In this document: positions 28,055-37,729 of the stretch, piece by piece | Layout: each line of letters begins with the position of its first letter | Numbering within the stretch: position 1 is the first letter of the stretch | The notes under the pieces: model-generated | The model's input: only the letters and a program-made list of their open reading frames with translations | What the model was told of the DNA's origin: nothing | Database searches by the model: none | Assembly (NCBI GenBank): GCA_963841435.1 | Contig: CAWJCS010000005.1 | Location: 416,001 to 480,000, forward strand | Source of the DNA: an uncultured delta proteobacterium | Lineage (GTDB): Bacteria > Myxococcota_A > Polyangia > Polyangiales > Polyangiaceae | DNA length: 64,000 nt | Direction of reading: 5' to 3' | Program-made: the position numbers and the translations under genes

Positions 28055-29331
28055 CAGATGTCCTCCACCACCACGTCGAAGGGAGCATAGTCGAAAGGCA
28101 CGCCCGGAGCCAGCCCGGCGGGAACGAGCCGCTCCTTCTTGCCTGATTTTTGGAGCTCGAGCGCGCGGTGATGGCAATAGGGATTGTTGCCGGCGCGTCC
28201 GAAGATCAAAAACGAGGTCCACGTGCAGCCGGCGCGGCACTCGTCGGCGTAGTAGCAGGTGCGGCAGAAACCCCAGAGGTCCTCGACCGTGCGATCGCGC
28301 GTGTAGCGGAGCGGCGCGCTCCGCTCCCAGATGTCGCGCAGCGAGGCATCGCGGATGTTGCCCCCGGTCCACGCCTCGGTAGGTAGCGACGGACAACCCT
28401 TGATGGCGCCGTCGGACTCGACGCCGATGGTGGTGCGGCCGGCGCCGCACGACGCGCCATGCCCGCGCGGCATGCCGCCCTTCAGGAGTGTCTCGTACGG
28501 ACCGAAGTAGCCGATGTTGTTACCGGGCCACAGACGCACGCCAAGCTCTTGCATGCGACCCTTGAGGCCCGCGAGCAGTGGAAAGAGCTCGAGCAAATCG
28601 TGGGGCTGGAGCAGGACGTCGGGCTCGTCTGCGGCGCGCCCCATCGGCACGGTGAGCTGGATCTGCCAGCTGTGCGTGCCGCGCTCCGCGATGAGCTCGA
28701 GCAGCTCCGGCAGCTCCGGCATGCTGAGGCGGTTGATCTGCGTGTTGCATGCGACGCGAATGCCGGCCGCGCGCAGGTGGCCGAGCGCCGCGAGCCCGGC
28801 GCGGAACGAGCCGTCGAGCCCCCGCAGGCGATCGTGCGTGGCCTCGAGCCCGTCGAGCGAGATACTGACGCTCTCGAGCCCGGCACGCCGCGCGGCCTCG
28901 GCCAGCTCGGCGGTGATGCCGCGACCGCCGCTCGTCATCGTTGCGCTCATGCCGTGCGCGCGGATGGCGCTGACGATCTCGAGCCAATCGTCGCGCAGGT
29001 ATGCCTCACCGCCGATGAGCGTCACCTCCCTCACGCCGAGCTCCGCCATCTGCCGCACGAGCTCGAGCGCCTCGGCGGTGGAAAGCTCGTCGGCGCGCTC
29101 GCGGCCCGCCCGCGACCCGCAGTGCCGGCAGGCGAGATCGCACTTCAGCGTCACCTCCCACACGACGTAGATGGGGATCGCCCTCTGGTCGATCGGTCGC
29201 GCGGCGTCGGCGAGCGGCAGATGCCGCCTACCGGGCGGCGCCTTGGGCACGAGCGGCAAGTGCCGCGGACGCGGCCGCTCGAGCAAATCGCGCCGTGCCT
29301 CGGGCGACAGCACGTCCGGTCCACGCACCAT
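28054..29331 (-). CDS. Radical SAM/SPASM peptide maturase, PlpX/nif11-class-3 (splicease)-like
   Basis: YVVWEVTLKCDLACRHCGSRAG, VTLIGGEAYLR, WQIQLTVPMGRA, PGNNIGYFGPYE; SPASM CGAG..GCPSL..FCRTCYYADECRAGC..NPYCHHR. Confidence 0.9.
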   Translation of the reverse strand: MVRGPDVLSPEARRDLLERPRPRHLPLVPKAPPGRRHLPLADAARPIDQRAIPIYVVWEVTLKCDLACRHCGSRAGRERADELSTAEALELVRQMAELGVREVTLIGGEAYLRDDWLEIVSAIRAHGMSATMTSGGRGITAELAEAARRAGLESVSISLDGLEATHDRLRGLDGSFRAGLAALGHLRAAGIRVACNTQINRLSMPELPELLELIAERGTHSWQIQLTVPMGRAADEPDVLLQPHDLLELFPLLAGLKGRMQELGVRLWPGNNIGYFGPYETLLKGGMPRGHGASCGAGRTTIGVESDGAIKGCPSLPTEAWTGGNIRDASLRDIWERSAPLRYTRDRTVEDLWGFCRTCYYADECRAGCTWTSFLIFGRAGNNPYCHHRALELQKSGKKERLVPAGLAPGVPFDYAPFDVVVEDI

Positions 29332-29417
29332 GCGCTAGAGGGTAGCGCGCTTCCGACCGGCGTGCCCGAACGACGGCCGGCCCGAACGATCCGGGCCGGC
29401 CGCGCCGAATGCATCGC

Positions 29418-30545
29418 CTACGGGACGATGCGCTGCCAGCTGAACGGACCGAACGCGAATTCGCTCGGAGCGGCGTTCGCGCGCGTATCGATGCTGACCT
29501 TGAGCCACTCGAGGGGCTCGGTGCTGCCGTGCACGACGACGCGACGGAAGTTCTGCACGTCGTAGCCGGGGTGGATTGCATTCGCTGGGTCGGAGGCCGA
29601 CAGGGGATTGTCGGACAAGAACTCGTGCGAATCGCCGTTGAACATGAGCACCGGCCCGCCGTAGGCGCTCACATCAGCCGCGATCTTGGCGACGATGCTC
29701 TCGAAGCCCGCCTGATGCGCGGCACCCTTCTCGGCGTCCCACATGTCCGCCTGCAGCATGAGCACGACGCCCTTGACGCGCAGAAGCCGCGCGGCAGCGA
29801 AAGCCGTATCGAGCCAGCGCAGCGTCGCGCCGGTGCGCTCGTCGCGTTCCTGGGCCTGGGCTGCCGTCTCCGTCGGCGCTCCGTACCAGACGTCCGTGTC
29901 GTTGTTCGAGCCGCCGGGCACGTTGGTGGCGACGAACAGCACCTTCTCGTCCAGAAAGAGCACGTTCTCGACGAACTTCCTGTCACTCGGGTGGCGCGGA
30001 TCGAAGAGGAAATGCTGGGAAACGACGGCCTTCTTGCCGCCGAGCGTGCGGCCGGGCTTGGCGAAGAAGATCGAGCGAACCAGGTCGAGATTGTCGACCG
30101 GGTTGCCGGCCGCGTAATCGACGAGCATGCCGTTCGTGTCGACCACGTAGTCGATCGCTTGCGTCGTCGTGTTGTAGGCCCCGCCGCCCTCGGCTTTCTT
30201 GTGGCAATCGAGCCACTCGTTGTCGCCCGGCGTGTAGACGAGGGGGTCGCTGAAGAGCGTCCAGAGGTCGTACACCGAGCGATCGTAGGCCTCCGTGCAG
30301 TACTGCTTGCCCGAGTGGATGTCGCCTGCGTGCAGCACGAGCTCCACGTCGGGGTCGGCGTTGATCGAGTCGATGAACGCCGGCGTAGCGTCGAATTGCA
30401 CGGTGTCCGTCGGCGTCGTTCCGTAGGGGGCGTCGCCGTAGACGGCGAAGGTCATGCCCTTCGGCTTGGCCGCGGCAAAGGACGTGACCAAAAGCGTCGT
30501 CCCGAGCGCGCCGCACACCAAAGAACTCAGCATCGCATTTCGCAT
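29418..30545 (-). CDS. Secreted calcineurin-like metallophosphoesterase
   Basis: Signal peptide; GDAPY, HAGDI, PGDNEW, GDSH motifs. Confidence 0.85.
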   Translation of the reverse strand: MRNAMLSSLVCGALGTTLLVTSFAAAKPKGMTFAVYGDAPYGTTPTDTVQFDATPAFIDSINADPDVELVLHAGDIHSGKQYCTEAYDRSVYDLWTLFSDPLVYTPGDNEWLDCHKKAEGGGAYNTTTQAIDYVVDTNGMLVDYAAGNPVDNLDLVRSIFFAKPGRTLGGKKAVVSQHFLFDPRHPSDRKFVENVLFLDEKVLFVATNVPGGSNNDTDVWYGAPTETAAQAQERDERTGATLRWLDTAFAAARLLRVKGVVLMLQADMWDAEKGAAHQAGFESIVAKIAADVSAYGGPVLMFNGDSHEFLSDNPLSASDPANAIHPGYDVQNFRRVVVHGSTEPLEWLKVSIDTRANAAPSEFAFGPFSWQRIVP

Positions 30546-30742
30546 CAGAAGCTCCTTTTTCGAGAGACGACTGGCGCTTTTTGCCACGGATTTCGTGGAC
30601 GTAGAGGTCGGCGCCGTCGCGGGTTTGCTGCGTACCCGAAGCCACGCTCACACGCGGCAACATCTCCATGAAGGAGAGGTGCCATTGTGGCCCACCACCG
30701 GAGCTCGAATCCTTTGCACGCGTTCGGGCTCTAACGAAAGCA

Positions 30743-30907
30743 ATGCTCCAAGCGCTCCCTTTCGTTGTCGGCGGCTCGGCCCTCGGGTACGCCTACTATC
30801 GGCTCGTCGGCTGCCGCACGGGCGCGTGCCTGATCACGGCGAACCCCGTCGTCGCGACACTCTACGGCGCGCTGATGGGCTTTTTGGCCTCGGGCAGTCT
30901 GCACTGA
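30743..30907 (+). CDS. DUF6132-like small membrane protein
   Basis: GYAYYRLVGCRTGACLITANP..TLYGALMG. Confidence 0.75.
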   Translation: MLQALPFVVGGSALGYAYYRLVGCRTGACLITANPVVATLYGALMGFLASGSLH

Positions 30908-30952
30908 CCCGTAGGCTCGCCGGCCAACGAAATCGGGCGCTAGATTCCCGTC

Positions 30953-31999
30953 ATGCCCGGTGAGCGACCGTTCCGCACCGGTACCCTGCTCGCACTGCTG
31001 GCCGCCGCGGCGTTCGGCGTCACCGCGCCGCTCGTTCAACGTTTCGGCAAAGAGGCGGGGCCGTTTGCGACGGCCGCGCTCATCTACTTCGGCGCCGCCG
31101 CCGTGAGCCTGCTCGGCGCGAGGGGTGGTCGGGCGGGCGCCGGGCTGGGCCGTCACGCGGGGCGCATCGCCGTCGCGGCGTTCTTCGGTTCGTTCTTCGC
31201 GCCGGCGTGCCTCGCGTTCGGGCTGCAGCGAGCGAGCGGAACCGCAGCCTCGCTGATGCTGAACCTCGAGGCACCGTTGACGGTCGTGCTCGCCTCGCTG
31301 CTGCTCCGCGAGCCGCTCGGCTCGCGCGTGCTCTGGGCGTTGCCGGCCATGCTCTCGGGCACGACGGTGCTCGTCCTCGGGGAAGGGCTCACCGGCAGCG
31401 CGAACGCGCTCGGACTTTCGGCGGTCGCCGCCGCGACGCTCGGCTGGGCCATCGATAGCGTCGTCTTTCGCCCGCTCGCCGACTTCGATCCTGGCCGAGC
31501 CGTGTTCGCGAAGACGGGGCCCGGCGCGCTGCTCGCACTCGGCGTCGCGCTCGCGCTCGGCGAGCCGTTCCCGTCGCTGCTTCCGGCAACGCTGCTCGTA
31601 GCGTGCGGTGGGCTCGGCTATGGACTGGCGCTCCGCTTCTATCTCTTGGCCCAGCGGCGCATCGGTGCGGCGCGCACCGGCTCGCTCTTTTCGCTCGCAC
31701 CGTTCGTCGGGGCGCTCGCCGCGCTCGGCATGGGCCAGGGCAACCTGCGCGCGGCGACGCTCCTCGCCGCCGTCTTCTTCTCCGTCGGCGCCTACCTTCA
31801 CGCCACCGAAGCCCACAATCACGAGCACACCCACGAGCCGCTCGACCACGAGCACGCCCACCGGCACGACGACGGACACCACGATCACGTGCACGACCCG
31901 GCCGTGCTCGGCGAGCACACGCACCGCCATCGCCATGAACCCGTGACGCACCGGCACTCGCACGCACCCGACCTCCACCACACCCACGGTCACGACTGA
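30953..31999 (+). CDS. EamA/DMT family transporter with a His-rich C-terminal tail
   Basis: About ten TM helices, ASLMLNLE, GAARTG; tail HNHEHTHEPLDHEHAHRHDDGHHDH... Confidence 0.9.
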   Translation: MPGERPFRTGTLLALLAAAAFGVTAPLVQRFGKEAGPFATAALIYFGAAAVSLLGARGGRAGAGLGRHAGRIAVAAFFGSFFAPACLAFGLQRASGTAASLMLNLEAPLTVVLASLLLREPLGSRVLWALPAMLSGTTVLVLGEGLTGSANALGLSAVAAATLGWAIDSVVFRPLADFDPGRAVFAKTGPGALLALGVALALGEPFPSLLPATLLVACGGLGYGLALRFYLLAQRRIGAARTGSLFSLAPFVGALAALGMGQGNLRAATLLAAVFFSVGAYLHATEAHNHEHTHEPLDHEHAHRHDDGHHDHVHDPAVLGEHTHRHRHEPVTHRHSHAPDLHHTHGHD

Positions 32000-32097
32000 G
32001 GGCGGGGAAAGGCGCGGGGGCTGCGCCTGCCCCCACCCGCCTTCGACGAGCCGGAAGTGCCGCGCACCAACCGCTGCATGGTCTGACCCCCGCGGTC

Positions 32098-33648
32098 TCA
32101 GACTTCCTTCGTCTCGCCGTTGACCTCGTAGACGATCTTGTAGAGATCCTTGCGGCGGTCGTTCCAGTTCTGCGTGGCGCCGCGATAGCGGTGGTAGCGG
32201 AGCAGCTCGATGTCGAGGTCGTGGATCACGAGCGTCTCGACGTTGGGTTGGCACTCGGCGGCGATGCCGTCGCGCGCGAACGGGAAATCGCAGGGCGTGA
32301 GGATCGCCGATTGCGCGTAATGGATGTCGGCGTTCTGCACCTGGGGCAGGTTCCCCGTGCACCCCGAGAGCGCCACGTACAGGTGGTTTTCGATGCAGCG
32401 CGCCTGCGCGCAGTGACGCACGCGGAGGTACCCCGCGCGCTCGTCGGTATTGAAGGGGCAGAAAAGGATCTGCGCTCCCTGCTTCGCGGCAATGCGTGAC
32501 AGCTCGGGAAACTCGATGTCGTAGCAAACGTTGATCGCGACGCGCCCGCAATCGGTGTCGAACACGTTGACTCGCGAGCCGCCCTCGACGCCCCACCAGC
32601 GCCGTTCGGCGGGCGTGACGTGGATCTTGTACTGGCGCTCGATGGTGCCGTTGCGACGAAACAGGAACGCTACGTTGTAGAGCTTGCCGCGGTCGAGCGT
32701 GAAGTGGCTGCCGCCGACGATGTTGACGCTGTATTTGATGGCAAGCTCGGTGAAAAACTCGAGATAGCGCGGCGTGTGCTCGGCGAGCTTTCGCGCCGCC
32801 TCGCCAGGGCGGCCCGCGGGCGTGATGGAGAGCAGCTGCAGCGTGAAAAGCTCGGGGAAGATCACGAAATCTGCGTGATAGTCGCTCGCCGCGTCGACGA
32901 AGAAACGCACCTGACGCTCGAGCTCCTCGAACGACTCGATGCGGCGCATCTCGTACTGCACGGCCGCAACGCGCACGTTGTGCGTGGGCCGGAGGCGCCG
33001 TCGATCCTCGGGTGAAAACGCAAGATTGAGCCACTCCATGTGCGTGGCCCAGCCGGCCGAGTCCTCGTCGGAGGGCAGGTAGTCGGCGATCAAACGCTGT
33101 ACGACGAAGCCGTTGGCAATCTGCGTCGTGAGCACGGGGTCGTAGAGCTCCTTGCGCTGCACGCGCTCGACGTACTCTTGCGGCGTCATCTCCTCCGCCT
33201 GCGCCTGGTAGCCCGGGATGCGCCCGCCGATCACCATGCGCTCGAGGTGCCGGTCGCGGCAGAGCTCCTTTCTTGCGTCGTACAGGCGGCGCGCGAGCCG
33301 CAAGCCGCGATACTCGGGGTGCACCATGATTTCGATGCCGTAGAGCGTGTTGCCCTTCGGTGCGTGATTGCGGATGTAGCCGCCGTCGGAGATCTTTCCC
33401 CAGTCGTGCCACTCGCTGTAGAGATCGAAGTCGAGGATCAGGCTGGAGCTCGACGCCACGAGGAGCCCGTCGAGCTCGATACCGATCTGCCCGTCCGGGA
33501 ACACCGTGAGCATGCTCTCGAACTGTTCCCGCACCCAGGGCCGCATCTTGGGAAAACAGAGCTTCTGCAGGGCGACCACGGCGTCGTAGTCCGTGAGCTC
33601 GAGCCGCCGCACCTTGACCCTCCGCTCGAAATCCTTGTGGTCGATCAT
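32098..33648 (-). CDS. Bifunctional GNAT N-acetyltransferase / carbon-nitrogen hydrolase
   Basis: [15 protein letters not shown]; nitrilase triad [19 protein letters not shown]. Confidence 0.92.
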   Translation of the reverse strand: MIDHKDFERRVKVRRLELTDYDAVVALQKLCFPKMRPWVREQFESMLTVFPDGQIGIELDGLLVASSSSLILDFDLYSEWHDWGKISDGGYIRNHAPKGNTLYGIEIMVHPEYRGLRLARRLYDARKELCRDRHLERMVIGGRIPGYQAQAEEMTPQEYVERVQRKELYDPVLTTQIANGFVVQRLIADYLPSDEDSAGWATHMEWLNLAFSPEDRRRLRPTHNVRVAAVQYEMRRIESFEELERQVRFFVDAASDYHADFVIFPELFTLQLLSITPAGRPGEAARKLAEHTPRYLEFFTELAIKYSVNIVGGSHFTLDRGKLYNVAFLFRRNGTIERQYKIHVTPAERRWWGVEGGSRVNVFDTDCGRVAINVCYDIEFPELSRIAAKQGAQILFCPFNTDERAGYLRVRHCAQARCIENHLYVALSGCTGNLPQVQNADIHYAQSAILTPCDFPFARDGIAAECQPNVETLVIHDLDIELLRYHRYRGATQNWNDRRKDLYKIVYEVNGETKEV

Positions 33649-33719
33649 GCTCCGGAAGGTAGCAGACTCCCCGGGAACGCTACGACGGAACCCCGAACCC
33701 CACGGCCCCTCGCGGTGCC

Positions 33720-34196
33720 TCAGCCGTCCGGATCGAGCTCGGCCGCCAGAGCGCGCAACAAGGCCCGCGCACCCTCCACCTGAGAAGCCGGTGCGGCAGC
33801 AAGCACTCGGCGCACGGTGGCTTCGACGGTACGCCCTCGCTTGCCGTTGAGCGAGCGCCCCTTGGCCGTGAGCGTCAGGATCGCGCGCCGGCCATCCTCC
33901 GGATCACGCCGCCGCGCAACGAGCCGCGACTGCTCGAGACGGCGCAGCACCCCGGTGAGCGAGCTCGGGTCGACGTGCAAGAGGTCGGCGAGCTCACCGG
34001 GTGAGAGCCGCGCGTAGTGTCCGACGAGCCTGAGCACGAGACGCTGCGGCCCCGTGACGCCGATGTCGGTGCGCATCTGCTTGGATGCCGACTCCAGACC
34101 GTGCGCGACGGCCCAGAGCAGGCGCATGAACCCCAACACTTCGCCGAGGGATTCGATCCCAGTCGGCGAGCGGGAGCTGACGTTTTGTTTGCCCAC
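33720..34196 (-). CDS. MarR family transcriptional regulator
   Basis: [39 protein letters not shown] start inferred. Confidence 0.9.
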   Translation of the reverse strand: MGKQNVSSRSPTGIESLGEVLGFMRLLWAVAHGLESASKQMRTDIGVTGPQRLVLRLVGHYARLSPGELADLLHVDPSSLTGVLRRLEQSRLVARRRDPEDGRRAILTLTAKGRSLNGKRGRTVEATVRRVLAAAPASQVEGARALLRALAAELDPDG

Positions 34197-34265
34197 GGCC
34201 TGCCATCCTAGCTTAGGGCCCTCTCGAGAGGGCAAGTCGCTTCATACGGGCGCCCCCAAAACGGC

Positions 34266-34499
34266 CTACATACTGGACTCCACGCACTGCCCTTCCTGGC
34301 AGCGGTGGTGGGGACCGCAGGAAGCACTGGTGACGCATTCCACGCAATGGTGGCGCACGCAGTAGGCCCGCCCCTCGTCGGCGTCGGGGCAGTCGGAGTC
34401 GTTGCTGCAGCGCGCGGTCTTCGCGTCCGGGGCGCAACGCAGCGTCCCCACGAGCAGCAGGAGGCAGGTCAGCACCAAGGTTGCGATTTGCCGAAACAT
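34266..34499 (-). CDS. Small Cys-rich secreted protein or lipoprotein
   Basis: Hydrophobic signal, then CSNDSDC..YC....CVEC.....C....C..GQC. Confidence 0.65.
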   Translation of the reverse strand: MFRQIATLVLTCLLLLVGTLRCAPDAKTARCSNDSDCPDADEGRAYCVRHHCVECVTSASCGPHHRCQEGQCVESSM

Positions 34500-34642
34500 G
34501 ACGGCTGAGCGTAGCAAAATATAGTTTGAAGTTCAACTTTTATCGCCATGGTGCAATCGACGGGGTTGCGCGAACCGCCGCGCTTTGGTAGCCCGGGCAG
34601 AGCGCGGGCCAGCTTGCCCGCTTGCAAAAAAGGAGGTGCCCC

Positions 34643-35158
34643 ATGAAAACGCGAGCTTCATTGTTCATCGCCGCCGCGCTGGCGCTCCCTGCGTGCGCCA
34701 AGAGCGAGCCTCCCCCTCGCGCGCCCGCTACCGCGGCGCCGGCGCCCGTGCCGCCACCGACCGCCTCGAAGTCGCCGACACGCGGCGTCGTGCAGATCTC
34801 GGCAGACATTCGCAAGGCTTGTGGGATCTCCGACGCGGATGCTCACTTCGCGTTCGACTCCTCGCGGATCCGCTCGGGTGATCAGCCCGTGCTCGAGAAG
34901 CTCGCGACGTGCTTCTCCACGGGCCCCCTCAAGGGTCGGCAGATGCGCCTCGTGGGCCACGCGGATCCGCGCGGCGACGAGGAGTACAACCTGGTGCTCG
35001 GCGGGAGCCGCGCCGCCGCGGTCAAATCGTACCTGGTCAGGCTGGGCCTGCCCGACAGGCTCGCCGCGACGACCTCGCGGGGCGAAATGGACGCCCACGG
35101 GACCGACGAGGGGTCCTGGGCCGAAGATCGGCGCGTCAACGTCTTACTCGTCGACTGA
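34643..35158 (+). CDS. OmpA/Pal-family peptidoglycan-binding lipoprotein
   Basis: AGGAGG RBS; LPAC lipobox; FAFDSS, GHADPRG.EEYN..LG..RA, SRGE, DRRV. Confidence 0.92.
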   Translation: MKTRASLFIAAALALPACAKSEPPPRAPATAAPAPVPPPTASKSPTRGVVQISADIRKACGISDADAHFAFDSSRIRSGDQPVLEKLATCFSTGPLKGRQMRLVGHADPRGDEEYNLVLGGSRAAAVKSYLVRLGLPDRLAATTSRGEMDAHGTDEGSWAEDRRVNVLLVD

Positions 35159-35189
35159 GCCGGCTGGCCGAGCCAGGCTCCACGGGAAC

Positions 35190-35735
35190 ATGAAAGCCTC
35201 CGGGGCCTCTCCTTTCGGCGCGCTCCTCGCGGCGGTGATGATCGCTCCGCTCGGCAGCAGTGAGCCGCCGAGCTCGCTCGCGCCGCCCGGGGAGCCCGCG
35301 AGGCTCAGCCTCGTGTTCAGCAAGCGCGTGGTGAAGGCGTGCCTTCCGACGGAGGTGGAGGGGCGGGCGGCGTGCCAGCCGCGCACCGAGCTCGCGGCGG
35401 GAACCGCGGAGGTGACGCTCTTGCCCGTCCACGAGGCTTCGCTGCGTGGGCGCGAGGACCGGCGCTCGGCGCTGACCTTCCGCATCCAGGCGACGCGCGC
35501 CACGGACGCGGGCGCTTCGGGCGAGACCCGCGAAGCGACGCTGGCCCCCGGCGTCTGGCGCGTCAGCTGGCTCGGGGCGAGCCGGCAGCCGACGTTCGAG
35601 GCGCGGGCCGCCGTGAGCTACGTGCTCGAGCTCGAGGGGCTGCAGGGGCGTTGCCGGCGAACGGACGCCACCTGCCGACTCGACGAGGCGCCCATCGATC
35701 GAACCGTGAAGGTGAGCGAGAAGCCGGCTGGCTGA
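35190..35735 (+). CDS. Hypothetical secreted protein
   Basis: N-terminal hydrophobic segment, two Cys pairs, beta-rich pattern; follows ompA on the same strand. Confidence 0.5.
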   Translation: MKASGASPFGALLAAVMIAPLGSSEPPSSLAPPGEPARLSLVFSKRVVKACLPTEVEGRAACQPRTELAAGTAEVTLLPVHEASLRGREDRRSALTFRIQATRATDAGASGETREATLAPGVWRVSWLGASRQPTFEARAAVSYVLELEGLQGRCRRTDATCRLDEAPIDRTVKVSEKPAG

Positions 35736-35762
35736 CGCCGCCGGCGCGAGGCGCTCGAGGCG

Positions 35763-36884
35763 TCACGCGCGCGCGGGTATCCCGCCGGAAGCGATGTGCA
35801 GCGTGCGCGTCGGGAAGGCGAACGAGGTGCCGGCGGCCTCCACGACGCCCATGAACGCGAGGAACATTTCCTGGCGGATCACGAGAAACTCGTTGAAGTC
35901 CGTGGTCTGAAACCAGGCCATGATGTCGATGTCGAGCGAGGAGGCGCCGAACCCCGCGAAACGCACGTTCACCGTGTCCGGCCAGATCTTCGGGTGACCG
36001 CGCAGGACGCCCTCCAGGTTGGTGAGCACCTGCCGCATCTGCGCCTGCGTCGTGCCGTATTCGAGGCCGATCGAGAGGGACAACCGGATGCGGTCGCGGG
36101 CGGCGTAGGTTTCGATGGGGGTCTCGGAGAGCTTGGCGTTCGGAATCGTAACGAGCGTGCGGTCGAGCGTGCGGACGCGCGTGGAACGAATGCCGACGGT
36201 CTCCACCGTACCGACCACGTTCTCGACACGCACGAAGTCGCCGGCGCGGCAGGGCCAATCGACGGCCAGCGAGAAGCCGCCGAACAGGTTTTCGATCGTC
36301 TTCTGCGCGGCGAGACCGATCGCCAGCCCTCCGAAGCCCGCCCCAGCAACGAGGCTCGCCACGGGGAAGCCGAACGAAGAGAGCACCGCAATGGCGCCGA
36401 CGGCGAGCACGGCGAGCTGGGCGAGGCGCCCGCCGAGCGAGATGAGAGCCACGGAGCCGGGGTTGTCCGTGGCCCACGCTGACGCGGCGGCGACGTGCTT
36501 GAGCACGCTGACGCTACGGTACAGGCCCCAAAACAGCCCGAGGAGCAACGCGGCGCGCAGGGCCTCGCTGGCCGCCGACGCGACACGGGGCGGCGCCTCG
36601 AGCTGCCCGAGCGTGACGTGCAGAATCGCCGCGAGCAGGGTGAGCCGGATCGGTCCTGCGAGAGCGACCGCCCACTCGTCGTCCCAGCCGCCCTCCGTGC
36701 GGGCGGCGAGGCGGCGCAAGATCGCCGTCGTGATCGCGGAAAGCGCGAGCGCCACGAGCACGGCGAGCCCCAGGAGCAGCGCGATCTCCGCCCATGGCGC
36801 CAAGCCCAGGCGCGCAACGAGCTCGGGGCCGACCCTCACGCCGCCGCCAAGAGCGAGCAGCACCGGTGCGTTCGACGCTTGCAT
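35763..36884 (-). CDS. MscS family mechanosensitive channel
   Basis: LVAGAGFGGLAIGLAAQKTIENLFGG, GDFV, GTVE.VGIRSTRVRT, IPNA. Confidence 0.93.
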   Translation of the reverse strand: MQASNAPVLLALGGGVRVGPELVARLGLAPWAEIALLLGLAVLVALALSAITTAILRRLAARTEGGWDDEWAVALAGPIRLTLLAAILHVTLGQLEAPPRVASAASEALRAALLLGLFWGLYRSVSVLKHVAAASAWATDNPGSVALISLGGRLAQLAVLAVGAIAVLSSFGFPVASLVAGAGFGGLAIGLAAQKTIENLFGGFSLAVDWPCRAGDFVRVENVVGTVETVGIRSTRVRTLDRTLVTIPNAKLSETPIETYAARDRIRLSLSIGLEYGTTQAQMRQVLTNLEGVLRGHPKIWPDTVNVRFAGFGASSLDIDIMAWFQTTDFNEFLVIRQEMFLAFMGVVEAAGTSFAFPTRTLHIASGGIPARA

Positions 36885-37112
36885 CGGCCCCGTCTACCGC
36901 GGGCCGTCGGATATGGCTAGACCCGAGCTCGGCGAGCGAGGCAGAGAGTCGGAAAGCGGCGCCCCAGGGGAAGGTCGCGCGCCCGTCGCGGAGCTGAAAC
37001 CGAAGCATGGCGCCGGCCTCGCGCGGCTCTTCGCCTGGCGCGCCCGCTGCGCAAAACACCGAGGAAATCCGTATTTTTCGCACGATTTGATTTGACTTCC
37101 AACTAATTTTCG

Positions 37113-37128
37113 TGGCACGCTGGAGGCT
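37113..37128 (+). promoter_or_regulatory. Possible sigma54 promoter
   Basis: TGGCACGCTGGAGGCT (GG-N10-GC), downstream of an AT-rich tract and upstream of the AGGAGG RBS. Confidence 0.5.
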
Positions 37129-37145
37129 CAAGGAAGGAGGTCACC

Positions 37146-37652
37146 GTGCGGCTCCTACTCACTGGACCGTCCGGCTCGGCTCGGATTTCGTGGAACCTTT
37201 ACGCCATGCTGCGTGACAACGTGCAGCATCACCTCGAAGAGGGCGCACCGAGCGCGAGGTTTCGCGCGCTCCACGCGCTCGAACAAGCCATCGACCGCGG
37301 CACGCACCAGGTCAACGCGGCCCGCCTGCGCGGGGAGGTCATGGGCGCCTGGTACGGCCTTTCGAAGCTCGGCGTCGGCGAAGCCGCCGTCAGCTTTCGC
37401 ACGCGCAGCATCATGACGGGCTGTCCCGCGCCGCCCGTCCAGCGCGGGACGGCGAAGCGTCGGCTCACGGGCTGGAGCCTGCCGGTGCCGGCGAGCAAGG
37501 AGGAGCCGTCGCTCGTCGAGCATGCGCTTGGTTTCGTCCTTGCCGTGCTCCGCATCACCGAGACGGCCGTCGATGGCGACGTGGTGGTCGTGACGCGCGA
37601 AGGCAGCGCTCCTCGCTTCGCTGCGGCCGCTCCGGCCAGCGCCGCCCGCTGA
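37146..37652 (+). CDS. Hypothetical protein
   Basis: GTG start with a strong AGGAGG RBS; 168 aa; no motif recognised. Confidence 0.65.
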   Translation: MRLLLTGPSGSARISWNLYAMLRDNVQHHLEEGAPSARFRALHALEQAIDRGTHQVNAARLRGEVMGAWYGLSKLGVGEAAVSFRTRSIMTGCPAPPVQRGTAKRRLTGWSLPVPASKEEPSLVEHALGFVLAVLRITETAVDGDVVVVTREGSAPRFAAAAPASAAR

Positions 37653-37729
37653 GCCCCTCCGCGGAACGGCGCGCCTCGACCTCATTTCGGTGAGGAACCG
37701 GGGTCGCCTCAACCCATCGAGACTCCGCG

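Noticed and set aside
30731-33412. 893-aa minus-strand ORF and similar long ORFs (12814..14397, 21739..23421, 46395..48140, 50423..52291, 52331..54403, 62207..63793)
   Set aside because: Shadow ORFs typical of high-GC DNA; they overlap well-supported genes and have no recognisable motifs.
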